The notes under the pieces were generated by a model. The model was not told the origin of the DNA and ran no database searches. It saw only the letters and a list, made by a program, of their open reading frames with translations. A program made the translations under genes and the position numbers. Positions 49,124 to 58,559 of a DNA stretch of 64,000 nucleotides are shown piece by piece. Source of the stretch: Myxococcota bacterium (lineage in GTDB: Bacteria; Myxococcota_A; UBA796; CAJQPC01). The first letter of the stretch is position 1. Each line of letters starts with the position of its first letter. Location of the stretch: positions 64,001 through 128,000 of the forward strand of contig DASCPX010000009.1 in the NCBI GenBank assembly GCA_036012755.1. The letters are read 5' to 3'.

Positions 49124-49927
49124 TCAGCCCTTCAGCGCAGCGGTGAGAAAATCATACGCGTCGTCGGTGCTGTCGCTCAGGTGGAAGAGGTCCTTGTCCT
49201 TGGCAGAGATCGTCCCCCACTCGATCATGGCGTCGACGTTCAGGACCTCGGTCCAGTACTCCGAGCCGTAGAGCACGATGGGCAAGGGCTTCTTCACCTT
49301 GCCAGTCTGGCGGAGCGTCAACAGCTCGGCGAACTCGTCGAGGGTCCCGAAGCCGCCGGGGAACACGACCATGGCCTTGGCCAGGTACATGAACCAGTAC
49401 TTCCGCGTGAAGAAGTAGTGGAAGACGAAGCCGAGTTCGGGCGTGACGTACTGGTTGAGGCGCTCCTCGAAGGGCAACGAGATGCCGAGGCCCACGCTCC
49501 GACCACCCTCGACGTCCGCGGCGCCCCGGTTGCCAGCCTCCATGATGCCCGGCCCGCCGCCGGTGCAGACGAGGTACTCGTGGCCGTTGGGGCGCTCCAA
49601 GCCGAACTCGGTGAAGCGACGGGCGAGGACCCGACAGTCGTCGTAGTAGCGGCTGCCGCGCAGCCTCCTCTTTGCGAGGAGGACCTCCTCCTCGAGCTTC
49701 GCGGACTCGCCGTTGCCCTCTGCGAGCGCCTTCTGCGCGTGCTCCAGCCGGCTCCGTGCGACCTCTCCGGGGAGCGTCCGGGCCGAGCCGAACATCACGA
49801 TCGTGTCGCGGACGTTGTGCTCCCGGAAGCGCAGGCGCGGCTCTTCGTACTCGCAGTTGATCCGAATCAGCCGGGCAGCTGGAGAGTTCAGGAATTCCAG
49901 GTTCTTATAGGCCTTCTCGTGGACCAT
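49124..49927 (-). CDS. LOG family (TIGR00730) nucleotide monophosphate nucleosidase
   Basis: FGSAR, TGGGPGIMEAGN, FHYFFTRK, PGGFGTLDE. Confidence 0.92.
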   Translation of the reverse strand: MVHEKAYKNLEFLNSPAARLIRINCEYEEPRLRFREHNVRDTIVMFGSARTLPGEVARSRLEHAQKALAEGNGESAKLEEEVLLAKRRLRGSRYYDDCRVLARRFTEFGLERPNGHEYLVCTGGGPGIMEAGNRGAADVEGGRSVGLGISLPFEERLNQYVTPELGFVFHYFFTRKYWFMYLAKAMVVFPGGFGTLDEFAELLTLRQTGKVKKPLPIVLYGSEYWTEVLNVDAMIEWGTISAKDKDLFHLSDSTDDAYDFLTAALKG

Positions 49928-50052
49928 TGTCCGTCCTATTCGGTCTTGGGTCCCCCATGGGTATGCCGCCGGTAGCGGCTTGTCGCAGCGCCGGTGTCCG
50001 AAGGGCAGCAACACGACAGGACGGGCCCCGGAAGCCCAGGAGACAAAGCCCC

Positions 50053-50547
50053 ATGCGAAGCCTCATTCTCTTCTCCGGCCTCATGGCCACCACTACCGGC
50101 TGCATCGTCTACGACTACGACGAAGACTGCGATCCGGACATCCCCTGCCACGACGGGAGCTGGGACGACCTCGATGACTCCGGTCTGACCGACGACGTCG
50201 AGGAGGAGATCCCGGTCGAGCTCTCCTTCACCCCGGACCACGCCGAGCAGGGCGAGGTCTTCTCCGCGGTCATCCGCGTGACCGACGGCGAGATGGACCT
50301 CTCGAGCGTCAGCGAGATCACGATCTACGGCGACGCCATCCTCCACTCGGCGGTCGCCCGGCCCGACAGCATCACGGCCATCTTCGAGCTCTCAGCCGAC
50401 GGCGAGCTCGGCCCGGTCGACATCGTGCTCGAGACAGCCGCCGGAGACGGTGAGCTCATCCCAGGCGCCTTCACGGTCTTCGAGGCCGGCAGCGGGAACT
50501 CCGCGAACGACTGGAACGACGGCTCGGCCGAGGACGACTGCGAGTGA
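50053..50547 (+). CDS. Acidic lipoprotein with a probable Ig-like fold
   Basis: MRSLILFSGLMATTTGC; FTPDHAEQGE...GAFTV; AGGAG upstream. Confidence 0.7.
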   Translation: MRSLILFSGLMATTTGCIVYDYDEDCDPDIPCHDGSWDDLDDSGLTDDVEEEIPVELSFTPDHAEQGEVFSAVIRVTDGEMDLSSVSEITIYGDAILHSAVARPDSITAIFELSADGELGPVDIVLETAAGDGELIPGAFTVFEAGSGNSANDWNDGSAEDDCE

Positions 50548-50651
50548 CGCGGCCGTCCGCGACCTCGGGCCTCGCTCTCCAGGAGCGGGGCCCAGCCCTT
50601 GCGGGCTCGCGGAGACGCGCTACCGGTGAGACCGGAGCGCGAAAGGTGGGA

Positions 50652-51143
50652 ATGGACGTCGAGGTCCTGTATCGACGCTACGGGGACATGGTCCTCGGTC
50701 GCTGCAGGACGCTGCTGCGCAACGACGCGGAGGCCCAGGACGCCTGCCAGGAGGTCTTCCTCAAGGTCCACCGCTACCGCCACAGCTTCCGAAACGAAGC
50801 CAAGCCCAGCACCTACCTCTTCCGGGTCACCACGACGGTCTGCCTCAACCGGATCCGGTCCCGGGGCCGGCGCAAGGAAGACCTCGTCGATGAGCCGGCG
50901 CCGGTGGCGGTCGTGGACTCCCACCTCTGTGGCGTCGATTCGCGGCAGCTCGTGGACCTCCTCCTCGAGGAAGCCGACGAGCGCACAGCCGCCTGCATCG
51001 TCCACCACTACGTCGACGGCATGACCCACGCCGAGATCGGCACGATGCTCGGCCTCTCCGGCGCTGCGATCCGCAAGCGCATCTCCACCTTCAAGAAGCG
51101 ATTCGCCGCGAATCCCCCCAACTGGATCGGCGAGCTCGAGTAG
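50652..51143 (+). CDS. ECF RNA polymerase sigma factor
   Basis: LYRRYG, AQDACQEVF, TYLFRVTT..CLN, GMTHAEIG.MLGLS. Confidence 0.92.
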   Translation: MDVEVLYRRYGDMVLGRCRTLLRNDAEAQDACQEVFLKVHRYRHSFRNEAKPSTYLFRVTTTVCLNRIRSRGRRKEDLVDEPAPVAVVDSHLCGVDSRQLVDLLLEEADERTAACIVHHYVDGMTHAEIGTMLGLSGAAIRKRISTFKKRFAANPPNWIGELE

Positions 51144-51147
51144 CGAA

Positions 51148-51849
51148 ATGGAACACCTGTCCACACTCTCACTGCACCAGCTCCGCTACGGCGAGCTCGA
51201 CGACACACAAGAGCGCGAGGCCCGCGCTCACCTCGCTGAGTGCGAGCACTGCGCCAGCCTGCTCGCCGCCCAGCAGAACCACCGCGAGGCCTTCGTGCTC
51301 TCGCCCGTCCCGCCTGCCCTGCGCGAGCTCGAGCCCGCCACGCCCTGGTGGCGTCGGCTGTTCGCCGGCCAGTGGACCGGCCCCCTCGCGGCGGTCGCTG
51401 CGCTGATGCTCATCGTGCCCATCGCGCTGTTGGTCCCTGGCGAAGAGGACCCGATCACCGAGGAGCCCGAGATCTCGGAAAAGGGCGGCATCCACCTGGA
51501 GGCCTGGCTCGAGACGAACGAGGGCCCGGCGATCCTCGACGAGAACGCCTTGCTGCGTGCCGGGGATCGCGTGCAGCTCAAGTTCGCAAGCCAGGGCCGT
51601 CCCTTCGCCAGCTTCGGCGGCCTCGACGAGGCAGGCAACACAGAGGTCTACGGCACCGTCAGCACCACCGGCGAAGGCATCGAGACCGCACCCTTCGCGC
51701 TCACCTTGGACGACGCTCCGGGAAGACAACGCTTCTTTGCGCTGTTCACGTGGGAGCGCCCGAGCGAGGACACCGTCCGTCAGTCCATTTCCAGCGGGCA
51801 GGCACCAGAGGGTGGCATCCTGAGATCGATCTCCTTTCGGAAGGACTGA
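51148..51849 (+). CDS. Zinc-binding anti-sigma factor (zf-HC2, TM, ActD/DUF4384-like extracytoplasmic domain)
   Basis: AHLAECEHC (HxxxCxxC), one TM, LRAGDRVQL...LTLDDAPG..RFFALF. Confidence 0.85.
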   Translation: MEHLSTLSLHQLRYGELDDTQEREARAHLAECEHCASLLAAQQNHREAFVLSPVPPALRELEPATPWWRRLFAGQWTGPLAAVAALMLIVPIALLVPGEEDPITEEPEISEKGGIHLEAWLETNEGPAILDENALLRAGDRVQLKFASQGRPFASFGGLDEAGNTEVYGTVSTTGEGIETAPFALTLDDAPGRQRFFALFTWERPSEDTVRQSISSGQAPEGGILRSISFRKD

Positions 51850-53633
51850 TGGTCCAACTGCTGGTTCTGGCGACCGCGCTGAGTTCCGAGGCCGAGGCCG
51901 AGGTGGGCCGTCGCGCTCTGCTCGTCGGCGCCAATGACGGTGGCATCGACCTGCCGGCGCTGCGCTACACGCAGAACGACGTCGCTCGCATGGAGGACGT
52001 GCTCGTCGAGCTCGGCGGCTTCGAGCCAGAGGACATCGTGGTCCTCCAGGGTCCGGACGGGGCGACGCTGGCGGTCGAGCTGCAGCGCATGCAGTACGAC
52101 TCGGTGGCCGGAGAGGACATCTTCCTCTTCTACTACTCGGGCCACGCCGACGCCCGAGGCCTGCGGCTCGGCGACGACGTCTACCCCTTCGAGGAGCTCC
52201 GCGAGGACTTCGCCCGCACCGACGCCGACGTGAAGCTCGGCATCCTCGATGCCTGCCGCAGCGGCCAGATCACCCAGGCCAAGGGCGCTGTGGTCGTCGA
52301 CCCCTTTCTGGCCGACAGCCTCGATGCCCAGGGCGTGGCCTGGATCACCGCCTCCAGCGGCGACGAGCTCGCCCAGGAGTCCCGCTCCCTGCGAGGCTCC
52401 TTCTTCACCCACCACCTCGTCTCCGGCATGCGCGGCGCGGCGGACAACGGTGACGGCGTCGTCTCCCTGAGCGAGGCCTACAGCTACGCCTATGCACAGA
52501 CCGTCGAGCGCACCTCGGCCGCCGGCGCCACCCAGCACCCCGAGTACGACTTCCAGATCGCAGGAAAAGGCGACCTGGCGCTCACCACGCTGTCGAAGGC
52601 CACCTCTCACGTGACCCTGTCGGCCGGCTACGGCGGCGAGATCGCGATCCTGCGGGACGGACTGCTGGTGGCCGAGGTCGACAAGCCGGTCGACCAGGAG
52701 ATGACGCTCGCGCTGCAGCCCGGCACCTACACCCTGCGACGTCGCGAGGGAGAGAAGATCTACGAGGTCCGCCTCGGTGTCGAGGAGGGTGCGCATCGCA
52801 CGGTCGGCACACGCTGGGGCGAGAGCGCCACAGAGGTCGCCAGCTGGAAGGGCACCGTGCCACGCCCCGGGGACCTCGACACCCAGAAGATCGTCGAGAG
52901 CACCGTCGACGCCGCCCGGGACTTCGAGTTCCGCCACAACCCCTACGTGGCGATGAGCTTCTCGACCCTCGTCCCGGGCGCCGGCCAGATGTACAACCGC
53001 CAGTACGGCAAGGGCCTGCTCTACCTCGGCAGCACCTACGTGCTGGTCGGGACCGGCTTCGCCTTCAACACGGTCGGAGACGAGGGCCCGGCCTTCAAGG
53101 GAAGCGTCATCGGCCCGACCCCTGCCAACGCCGCCGGATTCGCGCTCTGGGGCATGGCGATGAGCCAGGCCTACTACCAGCAGAAGTACGGCGACGACAA
53201 GCCGGAGCGAAAGGCCGAGGGCGTCCACGTGAGCCTCGAGACCGCCTGGACGGATGACTGGGACGCCCCACACACTGCGGGCATCGCGGTCGACTGGGTC
53301 ATCACGCCCGGAGTCAGCATCGGGCTGGACCGGACGGGCTGGACCAAGGCGCCCGATTCAGAGGACACCGGCGTCTTCAACATCGGCGGCCGCATCATGG
53401 TCGCCCCCGAGTGGCAGCGCTTCCGGCCCGGTGTCTTCGGCGCGACCAACCTGCGCATCGGACGCCACCTCGACACCCAGCGGACCATCCGTCCCGTGCT
53501 CGGGGCAGGCGTACAGTTCCGCTGGTTCGTCACCCCCCGCTACTACCTCACCTTCGAGAGCCGCGGCGAGTACGACGACGGCGAGCTCTACTGGGTCAAC
53601 GGCGGCGGCCTCGGCGTGCAGCTGGGCGGCTGA
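51849..53633 (+). CDS. Exported caspase-family (peptidase C14) protein with PEGA-like, DUF5683-like and beta-barrel-like C-terminal domains
   Basis: ALLVGAN, YYSGHAD, LDACRSG, SFFTHHLVSGMRGAAD; LVPGAGQMYN; amphipathic beta-strand tail. Confidence 0.9.
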   Translation: MVQLLVLATALSSEAEAEVGRRALLVGANDGGIDLPALRYTQNDVARMEDVLVELGGFEPEDIVVLQGPDGATLAVELQRMQYDSVAGEDIFLFYYSGHADARGLRLGDDVYPFEELREDFARTDADVKLGILDACRSGQITQAKGAVVVDPFLADSLDAQGVAWITASSGDELAQESRSLRGSFFTHHLVSGMRGAADNGDGVVSLSEAYSYAYAQTVERTSAAGATQHPEYDFQIAGKGDLALTTLSKATSHVTLSAGYGGEIAILRDGLLVAEVDKPVDQEMTLALQPGTYTLRRREGEKIYEVRLGVEEGAHRTVGTRWGESATEVASWKGTVPRPGDLDTQKIVESTVDAARDFEFRHNPYVAMSFSTLVPGAGQMYNRQYGKGLLYLGSTYVLVGTGFAFNTVGDEGPAFKGSVIGPTPANAAGFALWGMAMSQAYYQQKYGDDKPERKAEGVHVSLETAWTDDWDAPHTAGIAVDWVITPGVSIGLDRTGWTKAPDSEDTGVFNIGGRIMVAPEWQRFRPGVFGATNLRIGRHLDTQRTIRPVLGAGVQFRWFVTPRYYLTFESRGEYDDGELYWVNGGGLGVQLGG

Positions 53634-53642
53634 CCGTCGCGC

Positions 53643-54965
53643 TCAGGCGCAGGCCTCTTCGACGTCCTCGACCGTCTTCGGGCAGGCGGCGGTGAGCACC
53701 TCCGGGCCGTCCTCGGTCACGAGCACGTCGTCCTCGATGCGAATCCCGATGCCTCGGAAGCGCTCGGGGGCCTCTTCATCGTCGGGGGGGACGTAGAGGC
53801 CCGGCTCCACCGTGAACACCATGCCCGGCTCGAGCAGGCGGGATGACCCGCTCGCCGAATAGGAACCGACGTCGTGGACCTCCATGCCGAGCCAGTGGCT
53901 GGTCCCGTGCATGTAGTAGCGGCGGTAGCTCTTGTCCTCGATGAGCTCGTCGACCTCGCCGGCGAGGAGCTCGAGCTCGACCATGCCCTGGGTGAGGCGA
54001 CGGATGGCGAGATCGTGGAGGTCCTTGATGCGGGCCTTGCCCGGACAAGCGTGCTCGATGACCTCGATCTCGGTGGTCAGCACCAGCTCGTAGAGCTCGC
54101 GCTGAGCGGAGCTGAAGCGACCGCTGACCGGCAAGGTCCGCGTGATGTCCGCCGTGTACCAGGCGTACTCGCAGCCAGCGTCGACGAGGACCAGCTCCCC
54201 GGCCCGAAGCGGCTCGCGGTTGGTGATGTAGTGGAGGATGCAGGCGTTGGCGCCCCCACCGACGATGGTCGGGTAGCCCGGCCCCGCTCCTCCATGGCGA
54301 CGGAAGGCGTAGTCGATGAAAGCCTCGAGCTCGTACTCCCGGACTCCGGGTGCCGCTAGCTTCATCGCGGCGAGGTGGGCCTCGCAGGTGATCGCCGCCG
54401 CCCTGCGCAGCCTGTCCAGCTCCCAGGGGCCTTTCACGAGTCGCATCTCGTGGAGCAGTCGCCCCGGGTGGATGAAGGCATCCGGGAGGGGCTGCAGGGC
54501 CTCTCGCGCGGTGCGGCGAACGGAGGCCAGGCAACCCAGCACGAGACGGTCGCGCTCCGGGTCCTCGCCAGCTGCGTAGTGCAGCGTGTGGACGCCGATC
54601 AGGAGCTTGCCCAGGTGACCCTGGAGCTCCTCGTAGTCGTGGGCGTCGTCAGCGCCGTAGCGCTCCTTCGCGCCCTCGGGGCCTTCTCGAACGCCGGTCC
54701 AGACCTCTCGATCCGGGTCCTTAGGTTGGACGAACATGGTGAACGGGCTCTCAGCGTCAGGGCGCAGCAGCACCGCGACCCCGGGGTCCTCCCAACCACA
54801 CAGGTACAGCAGATCCGAGAGCTGGCGGTAGCGGTACTCCGAGTCCCCGTTGCGGATGTGCTGACGAGCACCGAAGAGCAGCATTGCTTCGCCGGGACCG
54901 AGCTTGTCGAGCACCGCCGCGCGCCGCGCGGCGTAGGTGGCACGATCGGCTTCGGGGATCGACAT
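53643..54965 (-). CDS. pepP: Xaa-Pro aminopeptidase
   Basis: YRQLSD, ILHY, DAGCE, ADITRT, HGTSHWLG..VHD, TVEPGLY, GIRIEDD. Confidence 0.93.
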   Translation of the reverse strand: MSIPEADRATYAARRAAVLDKLGPGEAMLLFGARQHIRNGDSEYRYRQLSDLLYLCGWEDPGVAVLLRPDAESPFTMFVQPKDPDREVWTGVREGPEGAKERYGADDAHDYEELQGHLGKLLIGVHTLHYAAGEDPERDRLVLGCLASVRRTAREALQPLPDAFIHPGRLLHEMRLVKGPWELDRLRRAAAITCEAHLAAMKLAAPGVREYELEAFIDYAFRRHGGAGPGYPTIVGGGANACILHYITNREPLRAGELVLVDAGCEYAWYTADITRTLPVSGRFSSAQRELYELVLTTEIEVIEHACPGKARIKDLHDLAIRRLTQGMVELELLAGEVDELIEDKSYRRYYMHGTSHWLGMEVHDVGSYSASGSSRLLEPGMVFTVEPGLYVPPDDEEAPERFRGIGIRIEDDVLVTEDGPEVLTAACPKTVEDVEEACA

Positions 54966-55010
54966 GTTCGACACTTAGCTCGAAACCAACTGGGTCTCTC
55001 GCAATCCTCT

Positions 55011-55039
55011 TTGACAGCCGACCTCATGGGTGTGAGTGT
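55011..55039 (+). promoter_or_regulatory. Possible sigma-70 promoter for the GNAT gene
   Basis: Perfect TTGACA at 55011-55016, 17-nt spacer, weak -10 GAGTGT. Confidence 0.35.
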
Positions 55040-55074
55040 CTACGGGGCACTCTCGGAAAAGGCAGGAAGACATA

Positions 55075-55596
55075 TTGGAATACTCACTCTCGGGTCAGGA
55101 CGGACAGACCTACCGAATCCAGACCCGCGAAGTGAGAGAGCACGACCCGGACCTCATCAAGACGGTCGTGGACATCGACCTGATGACCTGGTCGGAGCAG
55201 ACCTTCAGCCGCTACACGGCAGCGCTGATGCTGCGTCACGGCCGGACCTTCCTGCTGCTCGCGGACAACGTCCCCATCGGCACCTGCCAGGTCATGCGCA
55301 GCTGGGACCGACCGACCGAAGCGGTGCTCTTCAGCATCAGCATCCGTCCCGGCTGGCGTGGCCGCGGTCTCGGAACCCGCTTCCTCGAGGACGTGCTCCA
55401 CACCCTCGAGGGCTCGGGGATGCGCTCGGTGGTGCTCTCGGTCGAGGCCACCAACAACCACGTCCTGGGGATCTACGAGAACCGCTTCGGCTTCGTCCGC
55501 GTGGGCCTGCTCGCCAACGAGTACGGCAAGAAGACGGACGAGGTCATGCTGCGAAAGGTCCTCGCACCCTCACTGGGAGAGGTGGTCCCGCTGTAG
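55075..55596 (+). CDS. GNAT family N-acetyltransferase (RimI-like)
   Basis: ISIRPGWRGRGLG, LSVEATN, IYENRFGF. Start is TTG 55075 (AGGA upstream) or GTG 55036. Confidence 0.85.
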   Translation: MEYSLSGQDGQTYRIQTREVREHDPDLIKTVVDIDLMTWSEQTFSRYTAALMLRHGRTFLLLADNVPIGTCQVMRSWDRPTEAVLFSISIRPGWRGRGLGTRFLEDVLHTLEGSGMRSVVLSVEATNNHVLGIYENRFGFVRVGLLANEYGKKTDEVMLRKVLAPSLGEVVPL

Positions 55597-55609
55597 CGGA
55601 TCACAGAAC

Positions 55610-56623
55610 TCAGCGAGCGGCCGTGGTCTCCCCGAGCATGGCGTCAAAGCGGACCCTGGTCTGCTCGAAGGCGGCGCTGTCGGTGTCGGCGAGCTGGCGA
55701 CGAACGGTCTCGTGGTACTCGAGCGGGTCGAGCGTCTTGCCGTCCCTGTCCAGCTGGTAGTGGAGATGCGGAGCCGTGGAGCTCCCGGTGTTGCCGCTGT
55801 CCGCGAGGATCTGGCCCGACCTCACGAACTGGCCGGCCTTGACCGAGAGCTTGTCCAGGTGGAGGAACTTGGCCAGCGTGCCGTCGGAGTAGCGCAGCTC
55901 GACGCAGTTGCCGTTGGCGGCGTGGTTCCAGTTGACCCGGGTCACGGTGCCGGACTTGGGCGCGACGACATCCGAGCCGACCGGCGTCTTGAAGTCCATG
56001 CCCTTGTGGTTGGGCCGATCCTTCAACAGCGAGGTGATCTGCTGGTAGTCCTCGAGCGGACCGGCCACCAGGCGGCTGGAGACCTCTGTCCCGTCGTCGA
56101 ACCAGTAGCTGGCGAAGTCGTCGCCCTGGGCGTGGAACCCGTAGGCCTTCAGCGTGCGGCCGAGCTTGCCGCTGTCGTACCAGGCCACCGGCATCTCGAT
56201 GTCGCCCGCCTCGTCGATGCGGTAGACGGCCCACACCTCGTCGCCCTTCTGGACGTGCCGGCGCAAGTCGAGATCCCACATGAACAGCCGGGAGTAGACG
56301 GCGGCGACCGCGTCGGCCTTGTCGTCGACCTCGCCCTGGAAGGTCCGCGCCAGGCTGTGGTCGATCTCGCCGTGGACGACTTGCCAACCAGCGGCGGGCG
56401 AAGCCGCCACCGGTGCGTGCGCGACGAGCTCGGGAGGAGCCACGTCAGCGACCTCGGAGACGCTGGCTGCTTCGGCCTCGATCGCCGCGACCTCCTCGGA
56501 CTCCTCGCCGTCCTCACCCGTGGTGAGCTCGACCGCGAGCAGGACGTTCAGGCCGAGGCTCACGCCGAGGAGTCCATAGAGCAGGTAGGGGGGCGTGTCG
56601 GGTCGGTACTTGTCGGTGCGCAT
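55610..56623 (-). CDS. M23 family metallopeptidase
   Basis: HKGMDF, FLHL, SGNTGSSTAPHLHY; N-terminal TM. Confidence 0.92.
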   Translation of the reverse strand: MRTDKYRPDTPPYLLYGLLGVSLGLNVLLAVELTTGEDGEESEEVAAIEAEAASVSEVADVAPPELVAHAPVAASPAAGWQVVHGEIDHSLARTFQGEVDDKADAVAAVYSRLFMWDLDLRRHVQKGDEVWAVYRIDEAGDIEMPVAWYDSGKLGRTLKAYGFHAQGDDFASYWFDDGTEVSSRLVAGPLEDYQQITSLLKDRPNHKGMDFKTPVGSDVVAPKSGTVTRVNWNHAANGNCVELRYSDGTLAKFLHLDKLSVKAGQFVRSGQILADSGNTGSSTAPHLHYQLDRDGKTLDPLEYHETVRRQLADTDSAAFEQTRVRFDAMLGETTAAR

Positions 56624-56721
56624 GCAGGTCTCCGGGGTGGCTGAGCATCGCTCGCCGATCTGGACGTGTCAAGGCATGCGTTGAAGGTGTTTCGAGGTCA
56701 ATCCGCGGCTAAGGTGTGGCG

Positions 56722-57267
56722 ATGTTCACGTACTCTGCGGAATCGCCTCCGACGGTGCCGAAGGCGCTCCTCGACGGACCCGTCCTGGAGGGGATCGAAG
56801 AGGACGAAAAGCGCTCCTTCTTCGGCCGCCTGCGTTTCCTCGTCGCCGAGAGCCGGACGCGCTTGTTCCAGGAAGGCGAGCCCGGCGACAGGCTGTGGGT
56901 GCTGTTGTCCGGCACGGTCACGCTCACTCGCGAGACAGAGGGAGGCGAGGTCGTCGAGCTCGACCGCGCCCGGACCGGGGACGTCTTCGGCGAGCTGGCG
57001 GTGATCTCCCCCGCGTCGCGCTTCGCGACGGCGACGACCGTCGGTGGGTGTCAGCTCGTCGTGCTGGAACGGGCCGCCTTTCGCGCGCTGATCAAGCAGC
57101 GTGACCCAGCCGCAGAGGCGCTGCTGCGCTTCCTCACCCACCGGATCTGTCGACGGCTTCGCCAGGTGGACGCCCGCATCGCGCTGGTCCACGACGCGCT
57201 CAACGGCGCCAGCGACGCTAGCCTGAGGCGGCGCGCGGCGGACCTCGACGCGTTCGGGGAGTACTGA
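56722..57267 (+). CDS. Cyclic-nucleotide-binding domain protein
   Basis: LFQEGEPGD, GDVFGELA...RFATA. Confidence 0.88.
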   Translation: MFTYSAESPPTVPKALLDGPVLEGIEEDEKRSFFGRLRFLVAESRTRLFQEGEPGDRLWVLLSGTVTLTRETEGGEVVELDRARTGDVFGELAVISPASRFATATTVGGCQLVVLERAAFRALIKQRDPAAEALLRFLTHRICRRLRQVDARIALVHDALNGASDASLRRRAADLDAFGEY

Positions 57268-57791
57268 TGCAGAAGCTCTCCGACTGCCACATCTTCCGCG
57301 GCATGGACGCCCGCACGGTCGAGGCGATCACACAGGTCCTGTTCCGTGTCGAGGTCGACTCCGGCGAGACGCTGTTCACCCAGGGAGCAGAGGGCACCTC
57401 GCTGGTCATCGTGCTCGACGGCTTGTTCGAGCTGGTCCAGGCGACGGAGGGAGGCGAGATCCACCTCGCCGACGTACAGCCGGGCCGGGTCATCGGTCTG
57501 ACCTCGCTGATCGATCCAGGCCCGCGGACCGCCACCTTGCGTGCCATGGACGACGGGGTCGTCGCCGTGCTGGACGCGGTGACATTCCAGAAGCTCTGGA
57601 GCGCCCAGGGCGACGCGGCGGCGAAGCTCCACTACCAGCTGGCGCTGATCGCCATCGAAGAGGTCCGTTCCGCGAACCGCAAGCTGATGGAGCTCCTCGA
57701 CGCACCCCTGCCCGAGCGCGTCCCCGAGCACGTCAGGAGACTCTTGCCAGCCCTGGACAGCAAGATCTACCAGGCCGGCTCCTTCCGCTGA
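57267..57791 (+). CDS. Cyclic-nucleotide-binding domain protein
   Basis: LFTQGAEG, GRVIGLTSLID.GPRTATL; TGATG coupling. Confidence 0.85.
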   Translation: MQKLSDCHIFRGMDARTVEAITQVLFRVEVDSGETLFTQGAEGTSLVIVLDGLFELVQATEGGEIHLADVQPGRVIGLTSLIDPGPRTATLRAMDDGVVAVLDAVTFQKLWSAQGDAAAKLHYQLALIAIEEVRSANRKLMELLDAPLPERVPEHVRRLLPALDSKIYQAGSFR

Positions 57792-57800
57792 CCGCGCGGC

Positions 57801-58559
57801 TCAGGCGACCTCGAGCTCCAGCGAGCGCTGCTCTGCCGGGAGCGCGTTCGCCATGACCGCGTGGACCTCTTCGACGTGAGCGTCCAGGCTCTCGAGAGCC
57901 CAGCTGCTCGTGTCGATCGCCTCCAGGACGCTGACCTCGATGTCCGTTCGCACAAAGCTCGCCACGGTGTGCTTGGGCCAGTTCTTGTGGGCGTTGGTGA
58001 CCATGATCGGCACGATCGGGAGTCCGGTCGCGATGGCCAGGTGGGCGAAGCCCTTCTTCAGAGGACGAAGGCGGCCGTCCTTGCTGCGCGTTCCCTCGGG
58101 CCAGATCCAGATCGACGCGCTGTGTTCCTTGACGGCCACGGCCACGTCCTTGAGGCCGGCGATGGCGCGCTCGCGGTTCCCACGGTCGATGAGCAGGTGC
58201 CCCGACAGGACGTACGCCCAGCCGAACAACGGCACCCTCGCGATCTCCTTCTTGGCGACGCCCACACCACCGATCGGGCAGAGGAGCATGGCCAGGAACA
58301 TGTCGGTCATCGCCGTGTGGTTGGACACGAAGATGGCCGGCTTGTACTCGTCGATGCGCTGCCGGTCGACGTAGGTCACGTCTGCCTTGCACAGCCAAAG
58401 GCCCACTGGCGAGACAGTCTGCCCGTAGTAGTTGCAGACGCGGATGCGCGCACCGCGCCAGGGCAGCAGCACTACGAGGACACACACGAGCACAGCCGCG
58501 GTGCCGAGGAGCCAGCTCACGCCTAGCAGCATGCGGATGGTGCCGTCGATCCTCTTCAC
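57801..58559 (-). CDS. plsC: 1-acyl-sn-glycerol-3-phosphate acyltransferase (lysophospholipid acyltransferase)
   Basis: SNHTAMTD, AKKE, IDRGN, WPEGTRS; GTG at 58559 overlaps the upstream TGA. Confidence 0.88.
   Translation of the reverse strand: MKRIDGTIRMLLGVSWLLGTAAVLVCVLVVLLPWRGARIRVCNYYGQTVSPVGLWLCKADVTYVDRQRIDEYKPAIFVSNHTAMTDMFLAMLLCPIGGVGVAKKEIARVPLFGWAYVLSGHLLIDRGNRERAIAGLKDVAVAVKEHSASIWIWPEGTRSKDGRLRPLKKGFAHLAIATGLPIVPIMVTNAHKNWPKHTVASFVRTDIEVSVLEAIDTSSWALESLDAHVEEVHAVMANALPAEQRSLELEVA

Noticed and set aside
51849..53633. Caspase as part of an anti-phage gasdermin, CBASS or Avs system
   Set aside because: No gasdermin, cyclase, NLR or TIR gene is adjacent; the protein has an export signal and sits in an ECF operon.
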